From a plasmid: DNA of 64,000 nt. Made by a program: the position numbers and the translations under genes. This document shows positions 30,430-38,830 of the stretch, piece by piece. The notes beneath the pieces are model-generated. The model made no database searches. It was given only the letters and a program-made list of their open reading frames with translations, and was not told where the DNA came from. The stretch is from sequence record AP029160.1. The stretch is one strand, 5' to 3'. The first letter of the stretch is position 1. Each line of letters begins with the position of its first letter.

Positions 30430-31309
30430 CCCCTTTTATCCTTTTGTATCCCTTTTTATCCAATAGTTCTGCAATTGAATTAACACTATTTTTATTGTTT
30501 AGATCATTATTAAGTTCATTCTTTTCTTTTAGCGAATTTTCTAGTTTAATTTCACTTTGAAAACTGTTTGAAAGTGTTTTAATATCTTGATCCTTATTCT
30601 TAACAATCATGGTATCTTTTTTAAGCGGCTTAAATTTTTTTCTCATCAATTCATCTAGATCTTTTTTTTCACTTTCTTCTCCTTTATTTAATATTTTGTC
30701 CATACTTTTTGAATCATTAATATTTTCAATAAACTCCTTTTTTATTTTTTTATTCTTTTTTTCAATCGAATTTTTCTGTCCAATTCTCTTTGGAGAAAAG
30801 GAACTCATATCATATGCATAATTTATTTCTTCAGGTGGGCTTTCAATTAATTTAACAACACTATAGGGATTAATATCAGTAAATGTTACAGCAATTGTAT
30901 AATAATTTGAATCAATCAACTGACAAACTACTGTTGTTTGATCGATATCCTCAAAATCCTTTAAATTTGCCCCTATGACTTTTAAAACGACTGAATAAAA
31001 ATTTACTTCTTTTTGATCAGCATTTATTTTAACTGAACTAGCTTTTTCTGTTTTTAAAGCAGCATGATCACTAAAGCAACTACTCACTTGTCTTGGAAAA
31101 ATTAGAATTGTTGGTCTTGATGGGGTAATTCTAACCACAGGCGCTCGATTTTTATCGAGCATCATTGTAACTGTAGGCAGTTTGCTATCATATTTTCCCT
31201 GTGGAATAAAAACTCCTTCAATTTCATCACAAAACCCATTATTTGAACAAAAGAAATACAAAATTGAAAGTAATATGATATTCCAATAAAATATTTTACT
31301 TATTTTCAT
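30410..31309 (-). CDS. VirB9-like secreted protein with K/E-rich C-terminus
   Basis: Signal peptide, then a beta-rich N-domain. The position between the VirB8-like and VirB10-like genes supports the call. Confidence 0.4.
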   Translation of the reverse strand: MKISKIFYWNIILLSILYFFCSNNGFCDEIEGVFIPQGKYDSKLPTVTMMLDKNRAPVVRITPSRPTILIFPRQVSSCFSDHAALKTEKASSVKINADQKEVNFYSVVLKVIGANLKDFEDIDQTTVVCQLIDSNYYTIAVTFTDINPYSVVKLIESPPEEINYAYDMSSFSPKRIGQKNSIEKKNKKIKKEFIENINDSKSMDKILNKGEESEKKDLDELMRKKFKPLKKDTMIVKNKDQDIKTLSNSFQSEIKLENSLKEKNELNNDLNNKNSVNSIAELLDKKGYKRIKGVDNGSK

Positions 31310-31937
31310 TTTCTTTAACCTTTATCTTTGTAATTTCTAAAAGTATGTCGTCATACTTCATTCTATTTTCTGAAGATTTTTTTAAATAAACATCAATACT
31401 AATTTTTTTAGATGTTTTAGCATCGTTTTTTAAAATTGTCTGATATCCATCAACTACAACAACATATTCGCTGCTATTTGAATCATAATCAGCAGCAATT
31501 CCTGTGATTTCAAAAGAAGACTCACTATATTGAGACTCTATTAAAAGTTTGTTTGTCTGCAAGTCTAAGAATGATTGTGCTTGATTATTTTTATTTTGTG
31601 TAAAATATTTAGAAAATGTTGCCATTCTTGCCGAAGTTTCAGATTTATTTTGTGGCCAAGAAAAAAATGATTTTGTTAAATCTACTACAGTTTTTTTAGC
31701 TAGTGGTAATAAATCATTCCCAGTATTTTTATCGCAACTCAATTTTTTCGCATTTCCAATGGAATCAACAAGCATAACTGGCATCACTTGAACTGGTGGA
31801 GGAGTTGGCTGTTTATAAAAGCTTCCCCAAATAAAAGGAGATATTAAAATATATGGAACGCCCAAAACCCAAAAATATTTCTGAACAAATACTGAATATA
31901 ATCCTAAATTATTCAAAAAATGATTTTCATTTTTCAT
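31296..31937 (-). CDS. VirB8-like bitopic protein
   Basis: Short cytoplasmic N-terminus, one TM ('YFWVLGVPYILISPFIWGSF'), and a ~170-aa periplasmic domain. The size (213 aa) and the position fit VirB8. Confidence 0.4.
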   Translation of the reverse strand: MKNENHFLNNLGLYSVFVQKYFWVLGVPYILISPFIWGSFYKQPTPPPVQVMPVMLVDSIGNAKKLSCDKNTGNDLLPLAKKTVVDLTKSFFSWPQNKSETSARMATFSKYFTQNKNNQAQSFLDLQTNKLLIESQYSESSFEITGIAADYDSNSSEYVVVVDGYQTILKNDAKTSKKISIDVYLKKSSENRMKYDDILLEITKIKVKENENK

Positions 31938-31938
31938 A

Positions 31939-33063
31939 CTATTTCCTTAAAATATTTATTACATTTTTTGCTTGACTAGCCATGGGTATGAATTGATTTG
32001 TAAATATTACGTTTACCATTTTTCCTAATACTACTTTTGAAAACATCACTACAATTAAAGTTGAACATATTACAGCTATTGCTACTTTAAGAATAAGTAA
32101 TAAATTATCAGCAGCAAGCGAAAGTCCAAAGTCTAAATTTGTAGATGCAGAGCTGTAAGAAAAAATATCGTTGTTTGAAAAAGAAGAAAAAAGCATATTT
32201 AAGACTATAACTTGTGTTTTAGCAAGTAGAGACATAATTGCAAATGCACCGCATAGTTTTAAAGGCTTAGTTGGATCTAAGCCTGAAAAAAATGTAACTG
32301 CCATTACAAAAATAGGAAGGAACATTAATCCTAAATATTGTAGGGTATAAAGTAATAAATTCATTAAATCTAAAATAATCAATAACATCATGGTAATACC
32401 ACCAAGAATCATTGAAACAATATTCCCAATAGAACCTGCAAAATTGAATGAGATTAAATTCTTTGTAAAATCTAAATTTGCTTGAAAGATTGGATTCATT
32501 GATTCCGAATAACGTTCATAAATATTATATTCAAATAAGGAGTTTATTGAAGAATCTAAAAATAACGTAATAGAATCATAAAATACATCAAAATATGCCA
32601 TTGAAACATATGCAATTATTCCAAACACAAACGCTTCAAAAACTTCCGAGGGACCTCTCCAAGCATTTAATGCAAGCCTTGAGTGTAGTGCTATACCTGA
32701 AAAAAGAACTGCTAATATACTCGTTGCAGTTCCCATTGCCCCAGCTGAAATTAATGAACTTATTGATTGTGCTATTTGCGCAACCCAATTAAAGCTAAAT
32801 ACCCAGACACCTACTACTGTAATATTTTGATAAGTTGATATTTTACTGCTTGTAAATGATATCGTGTGTTTTGAATCAATAAATCCTTTTAGTAGAAAAT
32901 ATCCAGCAGCGAAAGCAAAGCAGTATTTAATAACATTTAAAAAGTTTTCTTTTTTATATGCTCCTGTCCATAAATTATAAGCTAAAAAACAAACCATTCC
33001 CAAAGCAGTAATAGATGTTATAGATTGAATAATAGGTTTAAGAGACAAGATATCTAGTGACAT
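31939..33063 (-). CDS. VirB6/TrbL-like polytopic membrane protein
   Basis: At least 6 hydrophobic helices across 374 aa. The position fits VirB6. Confidence 0.45.
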   Translation of the reverse strand: MSLDILSLKPIIQSITSITALGMVCFLAYNLWTGAYKKENFLNVIKYCFAFAAGYFLLKGFIDSKHTISFTSSKISTYQNITVVGVWVFSFNWVAQIAQSISSLISAGAMGTATSILAVLFSGIALHSRLALNAWRGPSEVFEAFVFGIIAYVSMAYFDVFYDSITLFLDSSINSLFEYNIYERYSESMNPIFQANLDFTKNLISFNFAGSIGNIVSMILGGITMMLLIILDLMNLLLYTLQYLGLMFLPIFVMAVTFFSGLDPTKPLKLCGAFAIMSLLAKTQVIVLNMLFSSFSNNDIFSYSSASTNLDFGLSLAADNLLLILKVAIAVICSTLIVVMFSKVVLGKMVNVIFTNQFIPMASQAKNVINILRK

Positions 33064-33086
33064 TTTCCCCTCATTTTTATTTATTA

Positions 33087-34082
33087 CTAATTTTCTTTAT
33101 TGGTTCCAGGATAGTTTTCCCCTTCACTTGCTGCATTAAAAACACTCATGTAGTCTTTTGCCTTTGGGACTTTCATGTTTTTTGGAATGACAAACGCTTG
33201 CGGATTCATCGCAAAAATTAAAGCATTTATCGAATTTAAGATTTCAACTTGAACAGCATATTGATTGATTTGTAATTGAAGCATCATTTGCTTACTAAGC
33301 TCATGCACAACATCTGCTTCACTTTTATCTTTTGGAAGCTTATTGGCTGCTTTATCTTTAGCTACTTTTTTTCTTATGTCTTTTAGTTGATTGTTAAAAG
33401 AAAAAGCGCGTACTTCATGATAAATTGCCTTCAAATTTTGATTTGAAGCATAGATGAAACATTTTTCGATAAATGGTCTTTTTGAATTTGGAGTTTTTGA
33501 AGCGCTATCCCAAGCTGCATACATATCTTGGTATTGTGAAGCAATATCATTAATTGTTTTCACTAATATTTGTGAATACCAATCAAAACGTTTTAATCTA
33601 ACCTTTGCCCAATCTGAATTTTCAGATACAAGTCCTGTTATATATTCAGAAAGTTGTTTAGCTTGAATATAAAATATATTTTGATCTGTACTGATTAATG
33701 ATTGCAAAAAGTCTCTTGATTTTTCTGTAGCAAGCATGACTTTATTAATTTGATCAATCAATTGGTTCCAAGTATCAGAAACAGTTTTTATATTATTATA
33801 GGTCTTCATGAACGGATCCATGAATTTATTAAAATTTTCCAATTCTTGTTTAATCATTTCTGCTACAGAAGCTATCTGCGAAGTCATTGCAACTAAAGTA
33901 GCGTCAATTTTCGATAAAATTGGCGTATCCGAAGAAACTATACCATGCGCTGATTTTTCTTTTGAAAGTGCAACTGCACCGATTAAGGCACCTAAAATTA
34001 CTTTTCCAACAGCTCTTCTTTTTATATTTTCACTTTCTTTATTTTCTTTAATAGTGTCTCCTGAAAAATCATTTTCTTTCAT
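33087..34082 (-). CDS. secreted alpha-helical protein, possible VirB5-like minor pilus subunit
   Basis: N-terminal hydrophobic 'VILGALIGAVALS', then a predicted all-helical region. Sits between the VirB4-like and VirB6-like genes. The call is by position only. Confidence 0.3.
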   Translation of the reverse strand: MKENDFSGDTIKENKESENIKRRAVGKVILGALIGAVALSKEKSAHGIVSSDTPILSKIDATLVAMTSQIASVAEMIKQELENFNKFMDPFMKTYNNIKTVSDTWNQLIDQINKVMLATEKSRDFLQSLISTDQNIFYIQAKQLSEYITGLVSENSDWAKVRLKRFDWYSQILVKTINDIASQYQDMYAAWDSASKTPNSKRPFIEKCFIYASNQNLKAIYHEVRAFSFNNQLKDIRKKVAKDKAANKLPKDKSEADVVHELSKQMMLQLQINQYAVQVEILNSINALIFAMNPQAFVIPKNMKVPKAKDYMSVFNAASEGENYPGTNKEN

Positions 34083-34145
34083 AATTTTCCTTCTTTTCTA
34101 ATTTATTATTTAATTTTAAATCTTATTTTTTAATGATTGAATCAG

Positions 34146-36875
34146 CTAAAAATTAGCATGATCTACTTTAAAGATTGTTCTAATAATATCTTGCTCTAAT
34201 TTTTCATGTACCTGATTTTCAGGAATAGCTTCTTCCCATTTTGCAAGTTTCTCACAGACTTCAAATATTTTTAACCCTGAATATTTCATTGCTTTTTTAC
34301 GAATTGCTCTACCGCCATTGTGTGTGGTAGAGGCCCATAAAAAACTACTTTCGTATTCTGCATAAAGAGAAATCATATTATTTAAATGGTCACAGTATCC
34401 TACTATACGATCAACAACTTTATTTTTTGCCGCATATTTAGCCGCCATTTGAATGGATTTTTCAATTTCAAGCATTTTTTTAATGCGCCCATTTGGAATG
34501 GCTGAACCTAAATCTGTTAAGGGTTCACGTGCTAAAATACTTAAAACTTTTAAATTTTGAGGCAATGTAAAGAAAAAACAACGTTGCATTGCTTCCAATA
34601 AGCTGTACTCACTTGCCATTCGATCTTCTTCTAATACAATTTTAGGGATTAAGAGGTCGCAAGCATCTTGTGTTAAAAGCCAGAGCGAAGCCCCAAATTT
34701 ACGGTTTTGACTTGCTCGCTCTCTTAACCATGAATGAGGAATATAATCACGCCACCATTGTAATTCGTCTATGCAATAGAAAAAATTTGAGGGTTCATTT
34801 TCACCACCTGACTTAAAGCGTTCTTCTAGCAAATTTCCAAATTCCAGAACTAAGGAAGCAAAAGCAGCAATTAAGGTTTTATCATCTTTCGTTTGAGTAT
34901 TTTTACAGGCATAAAAAAAGTGAATATCATATATATCATTTTCATTGTATTTAGGTTGCTCAGGATCAAATATGTCACCATTAATGCCTCCTTTGCAAAA
35001 ACAATCTAAACGAGCCTTATATTCATCCCAATTTGATCGTTTTAATTCTTTATTTGAAATTGTTTCAAAGTAACTTGATAAATTTTTTTCTAATATTGTT
35101 CTAAATTCTGACAAGCGATTTAAATTTTCTCGATAGAATTCATTCAAAGAACTTGTTACAACATTACCATCTGAAGCTGTTTGAGATTTGGGTTCTTCCG
35201 GGTCAAAACCCATTAATTGGCATAAGAATTTCTTTGCATATTTTACTTTATCTCCAAAAGGTTTGAATAAATTTAATGGATGAATATCAATAGGTTTATA
35301 TTTTCCTATACTATTATCGTAATTTAGTTTCAAAACAAAATCTGCAAGACCATCTTCTAAAAATGAAAATGAATCACCTAAATCTAAAATAAATCCTGAA
35401 GCTTTAAATCCTTTTCTTCGCATTTCAATATGATGTGCAAATAATCTACCAGCAATCAAACTTTTTCCATTTCCTGGCAAGCCCACAATTACAGTAGATT
35501 TAGGATCAAAATATGGGAATGACCATATTGTATTTTCAGTTGTTCTAAAATTAAAAGAACGCATATCTGAAAATTCACCTTTAATTGCAGGGAATGGAAC
35601 ATAACAAAACGCTTCTAAAGTTGAATAGATATTTTGTGTTCTAAATTTATTAAAGCTTCTGCTACCAGGTAGAATTGAAAATAAAGCATCTTTTAAATAT
35701 GCATTTTCGCGAGAAAAAAATGGTCTATAATCCGAATCAGGATATTCATCTGCTTTGAATTCTAGCTCAGTTAACGCTTTATTTACTTCATGCTTATCAC
35801 CAAATACTACTAAATTAATTGACATGGATAATTTAACCGAACGACCTTCTTCTGCATCAATTGTTTGTTGTTCTAAAGATTCAATCTTCTTTGCATTTGA
35901 TTTTTTATCCGTTAATTTTTCTTGCTGAAGGATGCCCACTAGTTCTTTGATCTTAGCGGATACACCATCTTGCCCTCGAAAAGTTGCACAAATAATGTTA
36001 TTAAGTTTATCCAGTGGTTTATAAAATAAATTAAAATCTGAGGACACCAAGTGCGGTAAAGAAGCTAGACTTGATGCTCCGTGCACTAAATCTCCATTAT
36101 AGGCATTCACTTCTTTATCCCCAAAAAAATACGTTAAAGGATAAATCGGTTTCTCAACATCAATCTGAGGATTTAAAGGGGCAAAGACGAATTGAGAATA
36201 CTTGCTTATTTCTTTACGCGTCATTTTTTTACCAAGAAATTCCAATCTTTCTTTAATTTTATCTTTATATTTTTTGTGACTCCCATTAAATAAAGATAAG
36301 AAAATGAAATATCTTTGATCTTTTATTTTCTTTTTCCTTAAAATCTCTCTTTCATAAATGATTTGTTCATCTTTTATATCACTATTCATTCGAATGAATT
36401 GAACCTGATCTAATGCTGGTAATTCTTTTAGTATATTTTCAACAGCACTTTTAAATGAATTTTCAAAGTCAGGATCATCTGTTCTAATAATTTCAAATCC
36501 AATTATTTCATTTCCTTCCATATCATATAAGGTTTCATCTTTAATTTCATTTTTTGTATCAAATTTTGCTGTTTTTTCACTACTCAATCTTAACTTTCTT
36601 CTTTTTATTTTATTTATAATATATGCATAAATATTTTCTTTTTTCTCTAGATCATAGCGACCACCCAAATACCATTCACCAAAAAGGATGCCGCCAATTG
36701 TCCCAAATATTGGAAGAATCGCACCTAAATATGGAATTACATGTGAAAATATATTTCCAAAAAATATTCCAAGTAAAAACCCTAAAAAACCATATGTAAA
36801 CGATTTCTTTTTCACAGTATTAAAAAATTTTGGTCGATTCCTTAATAAACTTGTAACCGTTTTAACTTTCTCCAC
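34146..36875 (-). CDS. virB4: VirB3-VirB4 fusion: N-terminal two-TM VirB3-like segment plus VirB4/TraC/CagE-family ATPase
   Basis: N-terminus 'GFLGFLLGIFFGNIFSHVIPYLGAILPIFGTIGGILFGEW' is a VirB3-like hydrophobic hairpin. Walker A 'GLPGNGKSLIAGRL'. Walker B-like 'FFYCIDELQWW'. 909 aa. Confidence 0.7.
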   Translation of the reverse strand: MEKVKTVTSLLRNRPKFFNTVKKKSFTYGFLGFLLGIFFGNIFSHVIPYLGAILPIFGTIGGILFGEWYLGGRYDLEKKENIYAYIINKIKRRKLRLSSEKTAKFDTKNEIKDETLYDMEGNEIIGFEIIRTDDPDFENSFKSAVENILKELPALDQVQFIRMNSDIKDEQIIYEREILRKKKIKDQRYFIFLSLFNGSHKKYKDKIKERLEFLGKKMTRKEISKYSQFVFAPLNPQIDVEKPIYPLTYFFGDKEVNAYNGDLVHGASSLASLPHLVSSDFNLFYKPLDKLNNIICATFRGQDGVSAKIKELVGILQQEKLTDKKSNAKKIESLEQQTIDAEEGRSVKLSMSINLVVFGDKHEVNKALTELEFKADEYPDSDYRPFFSRENAYLKDALFSILPGSRSFNKFRTQNIYSTLEAFCYVPFPAIKGEFSDMRSFNFRTTENTIWSFPYFDPKSTVIVGLPGNGKSLIAGRLFAHHIEMRRKGFKASGFILDLGDSFSFLEDGLADFVLKLNYDNSIGKYKPIDIHPLNLFKPFGDKVKYAKKFLCQLMGFDPEEPKSQTASDGNVVTSSLNEFYRENLNRLSEFRTILEKNLSSYFETISNKELKRSNWDEYKARLDCFCKGGINGDIFDPEQPKYNENDIYDIHFFYACKNTQTKDDKTLIAAFASLVLEFGNLLEERFKSGGENEPSNFFYCIDELQWWRDYIPHSWLRERASQNRKFGASLWLLTQDACDLLIPKIVLEEDRMASEYSLLEAMQRCFFFTLPQNLKVLSILAREPLTDLGSAIPNGRIKKMLEIEKSIQMAAKYAAKNKVVDRIVGYCDHLNNMISLYAEYESSFLWASTTHNGGRAIRKKAMKYSGLKIFEVCEKLAKWEEAIPENQVHEKLEQDIIRTIFKVDHANF

Positions 36876-36913
36876 AAGTTATTTCCTCTCAATTTTAATT
36901 GTTAATTTTTGCC

Positions 36914-37288
36914 TTAAGAACCGGAAGGATTAACCCATTTAATGGGATCAAGAACAGCTGAAAAAGTGGCTCGAAGAGGTTCTGAATAGAATGTTCCTAC
37001 AAAATAAATAAGTATAATTATTGCAAATGATCCCCATACCCATCCCGTAATAGTTCTACTTTTTGGAATCCATATCCACAATCCTGCACTAGCTAATAAA
37101 AAAACAAGTCCTAAAAGAAATACCACAGGGGACATGGAACGAATTGCTGAAGTTAAATTTGTTGTAGCAGTTATATATCCGCTAACTCCAGCATCTTGTG
37201 CATAAGATAAATGAAACGCTGTGAATTTAAAGATAAGTAAAATTTTAAATATAAAGTTTAAATTTTTTAATAGCATTTTATTTCTCAT
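36914..37288 (-). CDS. VirB2/TrbC-like pilin
   Basis: Signal peptide plus two hydrophobic segments in a 124-aa protein ('PVVFLLGLVFLLASAGLWIWI', 'GWVWGSFAIIILIYFVGTF'). Sits immediately upstream of the VirB3-B4 gene. Confidence 0.45.
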   Translation of the reverse strand: MRNKMLLKNLNFIFKILLIFKFTAFHLSYAQDAGVSGYITATTNLTSAIRSMSPVVFLLGLVFLLASAGLWIWIPKSRTITGWVWGSFAIIILIYFVGTFYSEPLRATFSAVLDPIKWVNPSGS

Positions 37289-37325
37289 AATTATCCTTAT
37301 TTTATTATTAAATTTTATCTTTTAA

Positions 37326-38075
37326 TTATTCTTTTTTATCTACATTAATTCCAAGTGTATACTCTAGATGTGTTTTTAAATTTCTTGTTAAACCTGGCAT
37401 AACACTTTCAAAATAACCATAGCGCGTATCCTTTTCAAAACAGCCATCTTTTGAGTAATAAAATTGCCATACTTTTATTGCAAAATTTGGAGATACAGGT
37501 ATCCATGAGTCTTCTTCTTTCATGCTCTCGCTTTGTGAATTTACAAATCCATCTTTTCCCATCCAAAGTGGATAAATAATATCACATTTTTTTAATCCAT
37601 TTTGGATGTTTCCTAATCCACCAATTTTAGATGGATCAATTTGAGCTATTTTCATATTTTCTAATATTGAATTTATATTTGATTGATTGCCGCTTGGAAT
37701 TGATCCATTCATTTTCTTTAGTTGATTTGAATTAACAATTGTTTGAAGTTGCAATTGCAATTGATCATTTACATGCTGAAGTTGCTCGTTTCTTTGTGTT
37801 AGATCTTTTGATGGTTCATCATAGAAAAAATATGAAAAAAGAGCTCCAGTAAGACAACCGGTTACCCCACCCATATAGGTCATAATTTGTTTTGGTTGTG
37901 AGTCATATCCTCCATAATTTCCAATCATATAACCACTTGCAAGACCAGCTGCACAACCTCCTGCTGTAGTAGCGAGAAATTTACCTGCATAACTCCACTC
38001 TGCTTTTGCTGTATTAGTAGTAATAACTAATGATAAAAATAATAAAATAACTTTAGAAAATAGTTTATTTTTCAT
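37326..38075 (-). CDS. secreted glycine-zipper / coiled-coil protein
   Basis: Signal peptide 'ILLFLSLVITTNTAKA'. Gly-rich 'AGGCAAGLASGYMIGNYGG...GGVTGCLTGALF'. Q/L-rich coiled coil. Confidence 0.35.
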   Translation of the reverse strand: MKNKLFSKVILLFLSLVITTNTAKAEWSYAGKFLATTAGGCAAGLASGYMIGNYGGYDSQPKQIMTYMGGVTGCLTGALFSYFFYDEPSKDLTQRNEQLQHVNDQLQLQLQTIVNSNQLKKMNGSIPSGNQSNINSILENMKIAQIDPSKIGGLGNIQNGLKKCDIIYPLWMGKDGFVNSQSESMKEEDSWIPVSPNFAIKVWQFYYSKDGCFEKDTRYGYFESVMPGLTRNLKTHLEYTLGINVDKKE

Positions 38076-38331
38076 TTAATAGTTTTTCCTTCCTTAGTAT
38101 ATAATCGATTTCACCATATTTTTTATTTAAATCTTTCAAACCTTTAGCTATCAAATATTTTAAAAGTCCTGGACCAGATAATGTTTGTCGCTCATTTATT
38201 TTAAGCTCATATCGTTTTCTATTTATTAAAATTACTTTTAATTCATCAAAATCTTTAAATGAAAAACTCAGATTTATCCTCTCCCTTTCTTTTCTATTTT
38301 CTATTTGTTTATTCTTCCTAGGAGTAACCAT
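38065..38331 (-). CDS. small basic protein (88 aa), first gene of the T4SS operon; possible regulator
   Basis: K/R-rich. Overlaps the next gene by 11 bp. Confidence 0.3.
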   Translation of the reverse strand: MVTPRKNKQIENRKERERINLSFSFKDFDELKVILINRKRYELKINERQTLSGPGLLKYLIAKGLKDLNKKYGEIDYILRKEKLLNEK

Positions 38332-38830
38332 ATATTGTTACCTTTTTGGTTCTTTTCATTTTAAAAAAACTGTGAAAGATCATCTATCACAGCAATATAT
38401 TTGATTAATAATTTATCTTTATTTTATTTTTAAAATTAATGTGATTTTGGATTGAATATTAGATTCATATAATCTTAATAATATACTAATAGATTCCTCC
38501 TTCTTTTTATTTCTGCTTTCATTATATTAAGAATAAGTTTTAATTTTTTCATATCTTTTATAAATCTCTTGTCATTTAGTTGCTCAAACAATTCAAACGA
38601 GCTTAGAAACAACAATTCTTGTTTAAAATAACGATAAAAGTAAAATATTTTTTTTGAATTTAATTTCCTAATGACGGGTAATGGATTTATATAAATTTTT
38701 ATTAAATAATCTTCCATAATCATTCTTATCCTTGGTATCAAATAAAAAGTGATTATAGATTTATTTAATCTATAATCACTTTAATTTTTTTTATGCTATA
38801 TTTGATTAATTATTTACAATTCACTTTTAT

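Noticed and set aside
36071-36933. Short plus-strand ORFs (36071-36256, 36688-36933) overlapping the VirB3-B4 gene
   Set aside because: Shadow ORFs within a well-supported long minus-strand gene.
28144-38331. Search for VirB11 and VirB7 within the conjugation block
   Set aside because: No ORF with a P-loop hexameric ATPase signature other than VirB4 and VirD4. No small lipoprotein between the VirB6-like and VirB8-like genes; they abut at 31937/31939. Reported as absence, not as a feature.
38475-38741. 88-aa minus-strand ORF between the LRR gene and the first T4SS-operon gene
   Set aside because: Lies in an AT-rich promoter-like gap with low-complexity translation. Kept only as a weak possibility, not called.
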